Assembly (NCBI GenBank): GCA_963734545.1
Contig: CAVTHO010000009.1
Location: 146,747 to 210,746 of the forward strand
Reading direction: 5' to 3'
DNA length: 64,000 nucleotides
From: an uncultured Spirochaetota bacterium
GTDB taxonomy: Bacteria; Spirochaetota; Spirochaetia; SZUA-6; Fen-1364
Shown: in pieces, positions 50,330-59,547 of the stretch
How the letters are laid out: every line of letters begins with the position of its first letter
How positions within the stretch are numbered: the first letter of the stretch is position 1
The notes under the pieces: generated by a model
What the model saw: only the letters and a program-made list of their open reading frames with translations
The model's database searches: none
Told to the model about the DNA's origin: nothing
Translations under genes and position numbers: made by a program

Positions 50330-52954
50330 TCAGCCGGCGGCGCGCGCGAGGGCCCGCCGGACCTCGGAGGCAAGCACCGAGGCCACGACCGGTTTCAGAA
50401 GGTAGGGCAGCCGTGTCTCCTCGAGGAAGGACCGGGTGACCGGATTGAGACTGTCACCGGTGATATAAATCAGGCGCCTGAGCAGTCCGGGGCGGCTGAC
50501 ACGGATCCACTCGTAGAGCTCCTTGCCGTCGCGGTCCGGCATCCTGAAGTCCGAGATCACGAGGGAATAAGCAGTCCCGTAGGCCAGGAGTGCGACCGCC
50601 TCCTGTCCATTCGCGGCGCTGTCCACCATGCACCCGAGGCTCTCCAGGTAATGATACACGAACTCCCGGATGGCCGGCTCGTCCTCTGCAACGAGGATCA
50701 ATGCGCCTGCCAGGTCGATCTCGCCGGCCGGTTCCGGCTCCTGTTCCCCGTCGCCGGCAGGCAGCTCCACGGTGAATGCGGTGCCCTCGCCGGGGACGCT
50801 CCGCACGCTGATATCGCCGCCCAGGGCCTCCACGATCGCGAGGGACACGGCCAGCCCGAGCCCGGTGCCGCCGATTTCCCGGCGCGTGGTGAAAAATGGA
50901 TCGAACACCTTTCCGAGCTGCTGGGGCGCAATGCCCTGCCCCGTGTCGGAGACCTCCGCCCAGACACGGCCGATGTCTCTCCAGGTCCGCACGCGAAGCT
51001 TCCGCTCACGCGTCGCGGTATCCCGCGGATTCGGCGTCGCGGTATCCCGCGGATTCGGCGTCGCGGTATCCCGCGGATTCGGCGTCTCGGTATCCCACGG
51101 ATTCTCCGGGCCCGGCATCGCGGGTTCGCCGAGCGCGTGCTCGGCATTGTCCACCAGGTTGTGAAAAACCTCCCAGAGCTGGTCCGGGTCAGCCATGACA
51201 GCAGGGATGCCGTCGGTGAGCTCCAACGACACCTCGATCCCCGCTGCCTCCAGACTGCCCCGGCGCAGCTCGATCACCGAGGCGGCGGCGCTGTTCATGG
51301 AGCACGCCTCTCTTTTTTGCGGGCGCTCGGCCGAGGTGCCGAGAAGCCCCTGCACGATGCCCTGGGCGCGCATTGCCTCGGCGAGGACCCGGTCGAGATC
51401 CTGCTGCAGCGCCGCGTGGGTGCGCCCGCGCACCCGCGCCATCTCCATCGAGGCGGTGATTCCGGCCACCGCGTTGCGCAGCTCGTGCGCCACCCTGGAG
51501 ACGATCTCACCGAGCGCGGCGAGCTTCTCCGACCTCCGCAGCTTCTCCTCCATGCGCTTTCTCTGGGTGATGTCCCGCGCAATGCCGTGGATCTCAGCCT
51601 CACCGTGCGCACCGCCGCTGCGCACGCTTTCCAGCTCGAGGATCACCTCTTCCCCCAACCGGGTGAGCAGGGTGAGCTCGCGCGGCAGGGCGCCCGGCGT
51701 GGTGAGCGGCCCGCCGCCGCTCTGCAGCAGTCTCTCCCGTGCGTCCGGCGCCATGAAGTCGGGGAGCCTCTTTCCGAGGATCTGATCGAGCGGATAGCCC
51801 AGCACGCGCTCCGCCCGCGAGTTGATGAAGACGATCTTCCTCGACGCGTCCAGCGAGAAAATGATGTCGCGCGCGTTTTCCGTGACGTGGCGGTAGCGCC
51901 TCTCGGAGACCTCGAGGGCCGCCGTCCTTTCCCGAAGGTGCCGCACCATGTCGTTGAACGAGCGGGAAAGTACCCCGATCTCGTCCGCGGAGTGGGAAGG
52001 GATCTGGTACTGGAGATCTCCGCTCGCGATCCTCACGGTGCCTCGGAGCAGCGCATCGAGGGAACGCGAATACAGCCGCGCGACGATCACCGCCACGAAC
52101 ATGGCCATGGCCAGCCCGATGAGCACCAGGAGCAAGGACCGGCGCAGCACGAGAGAAACAGGGAAAAACGCCTTGGCCAGCGGCTGTTGAATGTAGACGG
52201 TCCATCCCAGCCCGGGCACCGCGCTGCTCACGAGGAGAGTGTCCCGCATCGAGGGAGAGCCGGGCCCGGCGGGGGCTTCACGGCGAAGGACAGCCGCCTT
52301 GTCCGGATACGCGATGAGCGTCCCTTCGGCGGAGACTACGTATGCGAATCCCCCGGGCCCCGCGTCGATGTCGTCGATGAGCCGCCAGATTTTCTCCAGC
52401 GAGAACCGGGCCACCAGGGAGATACCTCGCCGGGGAGCGATGACAAAGGTCATGCTGGGCAGACCGTGGAAGTCGATCTCCACCGGTGAAGTCCACGCCG
52501 TCCCCTGCATGGCATTCCGCAGCGCCTCGGGGGGAAACTCCCCCATGTCCACCGATCCCAGCCGATTGTCCGCCTTGATTGCCCCGGTACGGTCCACGAC
52601 CACGACGGTATCGAAGATCGCAGATTCCATCACCTTCTTTTCCAGCAGCACGCTGCTCACCCAGGGCATGCGGTCGAGGAACTCCAGGACGGCCGCGTTT
52701 TCCGAGAGGTCACGGCGCGCACCCTCGATGTAGCTGCTGATCTCCCCCGCGGCCCTTCGGGCAATCTGCTCGTTGCGCTGCCGCACGTTGAGCCGGAGCT
52801 GCTCGGTGGCGAACCGCACGATGAAACCGGCCGTAAGGGAGACGGAGAGGACGAGGAGGACGATGCTCCCGAGGGCGAGCTTCACCCACATTTGATGCAG
52901 GAAGGGCAACTCTGTCTTGTCCGGGCTCCATCCAGGTGACTCTTTGCGGCGCAT
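50330..52954 (-). CDS. Hybrid sensor histidine kinase (TM/HAMP-like - PAS - HisKA - HATPase_c - receiver)
   Basis: H-box AHELRNAVAGI, N-box HNLVDNAEHA, G-boxes DTGQGI and GTGLGLAV, C-terminal REC (ILVAEDEP...ISDFRMPDRDG). A 4x 8-aa repeat (TPNPRDTA) sits between the N and G1 boxes. Confidence 0.8.
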   Translation of the reverse strand: MRRKESPGWSPDKTELPFLHQMWVKLALGSIVLLVLSVSLTAGFIVRFATEQLRLNVRQRNEQIARRAAGEISSYIEGARRDLSENAAVLEFLDRMPWVSSVLLEKKVMESAIFDTVVVVDRTGAIKADNRLGSVDMGEFPPEALRNAMQGTAWTSPVEIDFHGLPSMTFVIAPRRGISLVARFSLEKIWRLIDDIDAGPGGFAYVVSAEGTLIAYPDKAAVLRREAPAGPGSPSMRDTLLVSSAVPGLGWTVYIQQPLAKAFFPVSLVLRRSLLLVLIGLAMAMFVAVIVARLYSRSLDALLRGTVRIASGDLQYQIPSHSADEIGVLSRSFNDMVRHLRERTAALEVSERRYRHVTENARDIIFSLDASRKIVFINSRAERVLGYPLDQILGKRLPDFMAPDARERLLQSGGGPLTTPGALPRELTLLTRLGEEVILELESVRSGGAHGEAEIHGIARDITQRKRMEEKLRRSEKLAALGEIVSRVAHELRNAVAGITASMEMARVRGRTHAALQQDLDRVLAEAMRAQGIVQGLLGTSAERPQKREACSMNSAAASVIELRRGSLEAAGIEVSLELTDGIPAVMADPDQLWEVFHNLVDNAEHALGEPAMPGPENPWDTETPNPRDTATPNPRDTATPNPRDTATRERKLRVRTWRDIGRVWAEVSDTGQGIAPQQLGKVFDPFFTTRREIGGTGLGLAVSLAIVEALGGDISVRSVPGEGTAFTVELPAGDGEQEPEPAGEIDLAGALILVAEDEPAIREFVYHYLESLGCMVDSAANGQEAVALLAYGTAYSLVISDFRMPDRDGKELYEWIRVSRPGLLRRLIYITGDSLNPVTRSFLEETRLPYLLKPVVASVLASEVRRALARAAG
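51011..51106. repeat. 24-bp tandem repeat x4 (CGTCGCGGTATCCCGCGGATTCGG), in-frame within the HATPase domain of the hybrid kinase
   Basis: Read directly from the sequence. The fourth unit is degenerate. Confidence 0.9.
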
Positions 52955-53085
52955 GAGGCCGCCATTGTGCCCTTTGGGGCCCCGGGCATCAAGCCAGCCA
53001 CGAATGCCACGGAATACCGTGGCCGCGGTCTCTGTGACATTCGCGGCCTCGAATATCGCGCGGTGACCCCGGCTGCGAGTCTCCG

Positions 53086-54351
53086 TTGACGGCTGACAGG
53101 CGAGGGCTTACAGTTCGCCGGGACATGACAAAAAGCATACCGGGCACGCTCCCCGCGGCGGCGGTTTCAGGGGCGCTCCATCTGCTTGCGCTTCTCCAGT
53201 TCATTGCTCATCGCGGCCAGTACAGCCTGCCGGCCGAATGGACGCGCGACTTCTGCCTTCTCCTGGGACTGTCATTTCTCCTTCTCGTTGTGATGCACGT
53301 CGCGCCTTCGCTCCGCGCCCGCGTCGCCGCGGCGGTGGTCAAGACAGTCGCGTTCCTCATCGTCGGAGTGCCTTTCGGAGCCTTCCTGGACATCCGCTAC
53401 ATGCTCATGTTTTCCCTTCTGTTGGACGCGAGCTTCGCTTTCCCTCCCCCCGTTGACATCGCGCTCTCCGCTGCGGCGCTGACAGGATCCGCTCTCTTCC
53501 TCGTTCCGATGAACGCTTTCTCCGTTCCCCTGGCGTCGCCGCGGCTCCTCGATTGGGCTTCGTTCTTCTTCATCGGTGCTTCGCTCCTGCTTCTTCTTGC
53601 CTTCACGCGCAGGCTCTCGGGACGCGACAAGGAGAACGGAGCGAGAATCGCGTCCCTGAATGAGCTCATATCAAAGCTCATGAGCACCAGCAGGGATTAC
53701 CTGGAGTACGCGGCCCGGGTCGAGCGGGAGTCAACGGAGAACGAGCGCAACAGGATCACCCAGGACCTCCATGACGTCGTGGGTCAGGCCTTCACGAACA
53801 TTTATGCCATGATGGACGCCTCCCTCAAGCATCCCCCCTCGCTCCCCGCGGAGACAGGGGAGCTTCATGCCTGGGCAAAGGAGCAGGCGCAGAAGGGGCT
53901 GAACGAGACGCGCGCCATCCTCTACCAGCTCCGCTCCATTCGTGAGAAAGAACCGACAGGCATCCTCGCCATAAAAAACCTCGTGGACACTTTCAGCTAC
54001 TCCACGAAGGTGAAAGTCAGGGTCGAGTGGGGGAATCTTCCCTGGGAAGTGGGAGAAGTCCTGGATGCCGTGCTCTACCGGCTCGTGCAGGAGTCCCTCG
54101 TGAACGCTTTCCGACATGGCAACGCCACCGAGATCCAGATACACTTCTGGGTGGGCGAGGATACCCTCTCCGTGGACATACAGGACAATGGCAAGGGCAG
54201 CCTTGCCGCAAAGAAGGGCATCGGGCAGGAGAGCATGGAGAGCCGGGTCCTGGCGGTCGGCGGCGCCATCACGTTTGCCGGCAGCAGCCAGGGCTACAAC
54301 GTGCATGCGACCTTCCCCAGGAGCCTCGCAATCGCGGGCGGGCACGCGTGA
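53086..54351 (+). CDS. Membrane sensor histidine kinase, NarL-partner type (HisKA_3 + HATPase_c)
   Basis: Five or more N-terminal TM helices. H-box ERNRITQDLHDVVGQAF. N-box LVQESLVNAFRHGNAT. G-box DNGKG. Confidence 0.8.
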   Translation: MTADRRGLTVRRDMTKSIPGTLPAAAVSGALHLLALLQFIAHRGQYSLPAEWTRDFCLLLGLSFLLLVVMHVAPSLRARVAAAVVKTVAFLIVGVPFGAFLDIRYMLMFSLLLDASFAFPPPVDIALSAAALTGSALFLVPMNAFSVPLASPRLLDWASFFFIGASLLLLLAFTRRLSGRDKENGARIASLNELISKLMSTSRDYLEYAARVERESTENERNRITQDLHDVVGQAFTNIYAMMDASLKHPPSLPAETGELHAWAKEQAQKGLNETRAILYQLRSIREKEPTGILAIKNLVDTFSYSTKVKVRVEWGNLPWEVGEVLDAVLYRLVQESLVNAFRHGNATEIQIHFWVGEDTLSVDIQDNGKGSLAAKKGIGQESMESRVLAVGGAITFAGSSQGYNVHATFPRSLAIAGGHA

Positions 54352-55010
54352 AGATACTCATCGTGGATGACCAGAAGCTCTTTGCCGATTCGCTCAAGAA
54401 AGTCCTCCTCTCGGAAGACCGGTCCGTCGAGAGCGTGGCCATTGCGTACAACGGCGCGGAGGCCCTCGCCGAGATGCTGAAAGAGGCGCCGGACGTCATC
54501 CTGATGGACATTCACATGCCCGTCATGGATGGCATCGAGGCAACCCGCCTGATTCATCGCAAGTACCCTGGCGTGAGAATCCTGATGCTCACGACCTTCG
54601 GATACGACGAGTACGTCAAGGCGGCCCTGGACAAGGGCGCCGTGGGGTACCTGCTGAAGGACATCTCTTCCTCCGAGCTGCTGGCCTCCATCCGCGCTGC
54701 GCAAGGCGGAGTGCGCATCATCTCACCGCAGGTACTGGAGGGGATCGCGGGGGTGCAGCGCCGCCCCCCCGAAGGACCGAGAGTGCCGCCCTGGCTCAGG
54801 GACCTCACCGGGCGCGAGAGGGACATCCTCGTGCTGGCGATGAAAGGGTTCAGCAACGAGGAGATAGCGGAGAAGGTCTTTCTCAGCCTGCAGACGGTGA
54901 AAAACTACCTCAGCTCGATCTACGGAAAGCTGGGGGTGGAGAACAGGTTCCAGGCAATGCGGCTCGCAATGGAGTTCAAGATCGACTCGCTCGTAGACAC
55001 GGATGCGTAG
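54348..55010 (+). CDS. Response regulator, NarL/FixJ (LuxR-type HTH) family
   Basis: The GTG overlaps the kinase stop (GTGA). ILIVDDQ...ILMDIHMPVMDG receiver. C-terminal LuxR HTH LTGRERDILVLAMKGFSNEEIAEKVFLSLQTVKNYLSSIYGKLGV. Confidence 0.85.
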   Translation: MKILIVDDQKLFADSLKKVLLSEDRSVESVAIAYNGAEALAEMLKEAPDVILMDIHMPVMDGIEATRLIHRKYPGVRILMLTTFGYDEYVKAALDKGAVGYLLKDISSSELLASIRAAQGGVRIISPQVLEGIAGVQRRPPEGPRVPPWLRDLTGRERDILVLAMKGFSNEEIAEKVFLSLQTVKNYLSSIYGKLGVENRFQAMRLAMEFKIDSLVDTDA

Positions 55011-55064
55011 CGCGCGGAACGCCCCCGATGACGGGACATAGCCAGGGAGGGCGAGGCCGCGAAA

Positions 55065-55143
55065 TCGGTACTTTCGTACCGGCGATTGTGACTTCCGTAA
55101 CTTGCGGGCCCTCCCTGCCCCGCCCACACTGCGATTGAGTGTG
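55065..55143 (+). promoter_or_regulatory. Two palindromes (CGGTACTTTCGTACCG; CCACACT-N7-AGTGTGG) upstream of the sugar ABC operon; candidate operators
   Basis: Perfect inverted repeats in the 220-bp intergenic region between the LuxR-type regulator and the binding-protein gene. Confidence 0.3.
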
Positions 55144-55229
55144 GATGCCTCACGCCGGGGCCGGCCTTTCCATCATCCCCGGTTCACGGCGGACGCGCTC
55201 ACATCACTCTCGAATCGAAGGAGGTTGGC

Positions 55230-56486
55230 ATGAAAAAACTCATTGGTGTCGTGATGGCGGTCGCGCTCGCTGCCGGCGTCTCGTTCACCGCAGACGGGGC
55301 GCCTGTCACCATCTCTTACATGACCTGGGACTCAGGCGTCGGCTTCGACATCACGCAGAAGGCCGTCGATGCCTTCCAGATCAAGTTTCCCAACATCAAA
55401 GTTGAGCTGCAGAGCGTGCCCCAGGGCTACGACGAGAAGGTGATGACGGCCAACGCGGCAGGCAACACGCCGGACGGCCTCCTGATGTGGAACACATCTC
55501 AGTTCGCGGAGGCGGGTGTCGTGGAGAGCCTTTCGCCCTACATCGCCAGGGACAAGTACAACATGAACAAGTTCCTGCCGGTCCTGAAGGCATGGACGGA
55601 GTACAAGGGCGGCACGTGGGGGCTTCCCAAGGACTGGACGCCGCGCGTCATCTGGTACAACAGGAAGGTGTTCGACGACGCGGGCGTCGCGTATCCCCAG
55701 GACGGGTGGACGTGGGCAGACTTTACCGCCACGGTCAAGAAGCTCACCAACGGCAAGCCGGGCAAGGACGCCCGCTACGGATACGTGGCGATCCCCGGGC
55801 ACACCTATGCCATCCAGCAGTACATCTGGTCAAATGGCGGAGACCTGGTGAGCAAAGACGGCCGGACGGCTACCGGCTACATCAACTCCTCCAGGGTCGT
55901 CGAGGTCGTGAAGTGGTACAAGGGCCTGTATGACATGTCGATCACCACCGGCGCCCAGGACCAGTACCAGAACCTCGGGCAGACCGAGTTTCAGTCCGGT
56001 ATAATCGGCATGATGGACAACGGCGTGTGGCCCCTTGCCACCTTCAAGGACGACAAGAGCCTGAGCTTCGACATCGTGGCCCCGCCTGTCCCGAGGAAGG
56101 GAGCGGCCTTGAAGCCCATCATCCACAGCGCGACCTGGTCCATGTTCGGCAAGGCGAAGAACAAGGACGCAACGTGGCAGCTCATCAAGTTCCTTGCCGA
56201 CCCTGAAGGCCTGCGGATCCTCACCAAGGGCTTCTGGGCAATCCCGAGCATTTCTTCGATCAGCGAGGAGATGGGTTTCACAAAGGACCCCATCCTCAGG
56301 AAGTTCGTCCAGGTCGGCAGCAGGCCCACTATTGCTCCCGTGTTCGTGCGCAGCCCGAAGTGGTTCGAGGCCGACAACGAGTTCCTGGCCGCTCTCCAGA
56401 GCATCTTCATCTCCGGCGCGGATATCCAGTCGACGCTCGACGCCGCGGCGGCGAAGATGGATAAAATCCTGCAGGGAACCAGGTAG
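55230..56486 (+). CDS. ABC transporter extracellular solute-binding protein (family 1, carbohydrate)
   Basis: Signal peptide MKKLIGVVMAVALAAGVSF. Trp/Tyr-rich sugar-binding-protein pattern. Confidence 0.85.
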   Translation: MKKLIGVVMAVALAAGVSFTADGAPVTISYMTWDSGVGFDITQKAVDAFQIKFPNIKVELQSVPQGYDEKVMTANAAGNTPDGLLMWNTSQFAEAGVVESLSPYIARDKYNMNKFLPVLKAWTEYKGGTWGLPKDWTPRVIWYNRKVFDDAGVAYPQDGWTWADFTATVKKLTNGKPGKDARYGYVAIPGHTYAIQQYIWSNGGDLVSKDGRTATGYINSSRVVEVVKWYKGLYDMSITTGAQDQYQNLGQTEFQSGIIGMMDNGVWPLATFKDDKSLSFDIVAPPVPRKGAALKPIIHSATWSMFGKAKNKDATWQLIKFLADPEGLRILTKGFWAIPSISSISEEMGFTKDPILRKFVQVGSRPTIAPVFVRSPKWFEADNEFLAALQSIFISGADIQSTLDAAAAKMDKILQGTR

Positions 56487-56560
56487 GTTCTCTTGAAAAA
56501 GGACCGGGGGGCGCCGGCTCCCCGGTCCTCCGGTGAACGGGAAAGGCATCGGCACCAGAA

Positions 56561-57466
56561 ATGAGACACCTAGGCGCGTCCGCCCGCGAACGTTTTTCCG
56601 GCTTCCTCTTCATCTCGCCCTGGTTGATCGGCTTCATTGCATTCTACGCGGGCCCCATGCTCTTCTCGTTCATCGTGAGCTTCACCAACTGGGATTTCTT
56701 CAAGAACATGACCTTCGTGGGCCTGCGCAACTATTTCAGGATTTTCAGCCCTGATGAGTATGCGCTGCCCGGCCTGCTGAAGACTTTCCTCTTTGTGGGC
56801 CTGGAGGTGCCGCTCCAGCTCATCGGCGCGCTTGCCATTGCGCAGCTCCTGACGAGGAAGCTCAGGGGCGTCAACCTCGCGCGCAGCCTCGTGTACCTTC
56901 CTGCCGTGATCTCGGGTCCTGCGGGAGGCCTCATCTGGCGCTTCATGCTCGGCAAGCAGACGGGGATCTTCAATTACTTCCTGTCGTTCTTCGGCGTGAA
57001 GCCGATTCCCTGGATCGATGACCCTCACTACGCGCTGTTCTCCATCATCTGCATCGGGCTCTGGGCGGTGGGACAGCCCATGATCCTCTTCCTCGCGGCG
57101 CTGCAGGGCGTACCCGACGTCTTCTACGAAGCCGCGGAAGTGGACGGGGCAAGCGCGACGCGGAAGTTCTTCCGCATCACGCTGCCGATGATATCACCCA
57201 CGATACTGTTGAATGTGATCATCATCATGATCAACCAGTTCCAGATGCTGGCGCCTCTGATCGTCATCACCTCGGGGGGACCCGCCAAGGCGACATACCT
57301 CTACTCCTACGTGGAATACGACAACGCGTTCCGGTTCATGAAAATGGGCTATGCCTCGTCTCTCTCGTGGCTCATGTTCGTCATCATGCTCGTCGTCACG
57401 CTCCTTTTGTTCCGGTCCTCCCGCAGGTGGGTGTTCTCCTACAGCGAAAGGGGAGATATCCTGTGA
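56561..57466 (+). CDS. ABC sugar transporter permease (MalF/UgpA-like)
   Basis: Six TM segments; EAA-like loop AAEVDGASATRKFFRITLP. Confidence 0.85.
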   Translation: MRHLGASARERFSGFLFISPWLIGFIAFYAGPMLFSFIVSFTNWDFFKNMTFVGLRNYFRIFSPDEYALPGLLKTFLFVGLEVPLQLIGALAIAQLLTRKLRGVNLARSLVYLPAVISGPAGGLIWRFMLGKQTGIFNYFLSFFGVKPIPWIDDPHYALFSIICIGLWAVGQPMILFLAALQGVPDVFYEAAEVDGASATRKFFRITLPMISPTILLNVIIIMINQFQMLAPLIVITSGGPAKATYLYSYVEYDNAFRFMKMGYASSLSWLMFVIMLVVTLLLFRSSRRWVFSYSERGDIL

Positions 57467-58302
57467 GGGCCTCGCGCGTGGGGAGCATTGCGGGAGCAGG
57501 CGTTCGCTACCTCATCCTGCTCGCGGTGAGCGTCGTGTTCCTCTTCCCCGTCTACTGGGTGTTCCTCAAGGCAATCAATGGACCCATCGCCATCTTTCAG
57601 TATCCCCCCGACATCTACCCCGTTCGGTTCAGCCTGGCCAATTTCCAGAATGCCTTCCACAATTTCCACCTGGCCAGGAACTTCCTCAATACGCTCAAGA
57701 TCATGGGCTTCGCGCTGGTGGGCGCTTCCCTTTCCTCCGCGGTTGTCGGATTCGGATTCGCGCGGATGCGTTTTCGGGGAAGAAACCTGCTCTTCATCGT
57801 GGTGATCGCGAGCATATTCGTCCCCTGGGACGTGAAGGTGATCCCTCAGTTCATGGAGTTCAGCGCGCTGGGATGGATCAACACCTACCTGCCCCTGCTC
57901 GTGCCCCTGTTCTTCGGCTATCCCTTCTACATATTCATATTCCGCCAGTTCATCACACAGATCCCGTACGAGCTCGACGAATCAGCCATCATAGACGGCT
58001 GCAGCCGCGTGGGCATCTTCATCCGGATCATTCTGCCGAACCTCACCCCGCCGTTCATCACCGTACTCGTCTACGAGTTCGTGCGGGTCTGGAACGACTT
58101 CCTCGACCCTCTCATTTACCTGAACAAGTCCAGCACCTATACGCTGAGCCTCGGCATCTACCACATCATCTCTCCGTGGTTCATGGACTGGGGGGCCCTG
58201 CTCGCCGCTTCGGCCCTCTCCGTCCTCTTCCCGGTTGTGCTATTCTTCGTATTGCAGAAATATCTCTTCGGAGGCCTCGTGCTCTCCGGGATCAAAGCGT
58301 AG
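57463..58302 (+). CDS. ABC sugar transporter permease (MalG/UgpE-like)
   Basis: The GTG overlaps the upstream stop (GTGA). EAA loop DESAIIDGCSRVGIFIRIILP. Confidence 0.85.
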   Translation: MRASRVGSIAGAGVRYLILLAVSVVFLFPVYWVFLKAINGPIAIFQYPPDIYPVRFSLANFQNAFHNFHLARNFLNTLKIMGFALVGASLSSAVVGFGFARMRFRGRNLLFIVVIASIFVPWDVKVIPQFMEFSALGWINTYLPLLVPLFFGYPFYIFIFRQFITQIPYELDESAIIDGCSRVGIFIRIILPNLTPPFITVLVYEFVRVWNDFLDPLIYLNKSSTYTLSLGIYHIISPWFMDWGALLAASALSVLFPVVLFFVLQKYLFGGLVLSGIKA

Positions 58303-58329
58303 CCCTTCCGCGGTAGTCCGCGGAGTTGG
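58303..58329. repeat. Second copy of the REP-like element (CCCTTCCGCGGTAGTCCGCGGAGTTGG), followed by a nested GC-rich hairpin (58330-58375)
   Basis: Identical apart from 2 nt to the 44962 copy. Both begin right after a TAG stop codon. Confidence 0.5.
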
Positions 58330-58389
58330 ATGGCGAGGTCGGCCGAGGCCATGGATGGCCGAAAGGCCGACCGTTGAGGGAGGGTTACT

Positions 58390-59541
58390 GTGACAAAGAC
58401 ACTCGCGGCCGTTCCCCCCATGGGATGGAATTCATGGAATGGCCTCGGCGCCCGGGTGAGCGAGAAGTCAGTTCGGGAGGTGGCGGCAGCGCTCGCGTCA
58501 TCCGGCATGCGCGAGCTGGGCTACCGGTATGTGGTGATCGACGACTGCTGGTCGATGAAGACGCGGGATTCCCATGGCAACCTGGTGCCGGACCGCGAAC
58601 GGTTCCCCAACGGGATGGCGGCGCTGGCCGAATTCGTGCACTCGCTCGGCATGAAGCTCGGGATCTATTCCGATGCGGCCGAGCTCACGTGCGGCAAATA
58701 CCTGGGAAGCCTCGATTTCGAGGAGCAGGATGCAGCCCTGTGGGCCTCGTGGGGAATCGATTTCCTCAAATATGACTACTGCCACGCGCCTGCCGACCAG
58801 CTGACGGCAATTGCACGCTACCGACGCATGGGCGAAGCGCTCCGATCGACAGGACGCGAGTTTCTCTTCAGCGCCTGTGAGTGGGGCGGGAGGAGCCCCT
58901 GGCTCTGGGCGCGAGATATCGGGGCTCAGATGTGGCGCGCAACCGCGGACGTCCTGGACAGCTGGACGGATGTCTTTGTCCCCCAGGCTAACTGGACAGG
59001 GATTGGAATCGACACCGCCATAGAGGCAGCTGTTCCACTGCACGAGTACGCGGGTCCCGGCGGCTGGAACGACCTTGACATGCTCGTCATCGGCCTCAAG
59101 GGCCGCGGAAACATCCCGGGTGAAGGGGCCACGTTCTTCGAATACCGATCACAGATGTCGATGTGGTGCATGCTGTGCTCGCCTCTTATGATCGGCTGTG
59201 ACATCACCGCCATGGACGAGAAGACCCGCGAGCTCTTGACGAATCCGGAGGTGATCGCGCTGGACCAGGATCCGCTGGGAAAACAGGCAATGCGCATCCG
59301 GTCCGGGTCGGGTCAGGAAGTCTGGAAGAAGCCCCTGTCGGACGGCTCCACGGCCCTTGCGCTGCGCAACAGAGCGTCGAGCGCCGCCGATATTGCGGTG
59401 CGCGCCGGCGACCTGGGCCTGCTCGACTCATACAGGGGGCGCGTACGCGATCTCTGGAAGCATGAAGACGGAGACTTCAGCTCACCGCTCTCCCGCCGGG
59501 TTCTGCCGCACGATACCGTGCTGCTGAAGATCGGGCCGTAG
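58390..59541 (+). CDS. Alpha-galactosidase (GH27)
   Basis: PPMGWNSWN, YVVIDDCW, FLKYDYC(H) and CEWG motifs of GH27. GTG start with a GAGGGAGGG RBS. Confidence 0.85.
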   Translation: MTKTLAAVPPMGWNSWNGLGARVSEKSVREVAAALASSGMRELGYRYVVIDDCWSMKTRDSHGNLVPDRERFPNGMAALAEFVHSLGMKLGIYSDAAELTCGKYLGSLDFEEQDAALWASWGIDFLKYDYCHAPADQLTAIARYRRMGEALRSTGREFLFSACEWGGRSPWLWARDIGAQMWRATADVLDSWTDVFVPQANWTGIGIDTAIEAAVPLHEYAGPGGWNDLDMLVIGLKGRGNIPGEGATFFEYRSQMSMWCMLCSPLMIGCDITAMDEKTRELLTNPEVIALDQDPLGKQAMRIRSGSGQEVWKKPLSDGSTALALRNRASSAADIAVRAGDLGLLDSYRGRVRDLWKHEDGDFSSPLSRRVLPHDTVLLKIGP

Positions 59542-59547
59542 AGCCTC

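Noticed and set aside
50651-52489. 612-aa plus-strand ORF antisense to the hybrid histidine kinase
   Set aside because: Same shadow-ORF reasoning. The kinase motifs (H, N, G boxes, REC) are all on the minus strand.
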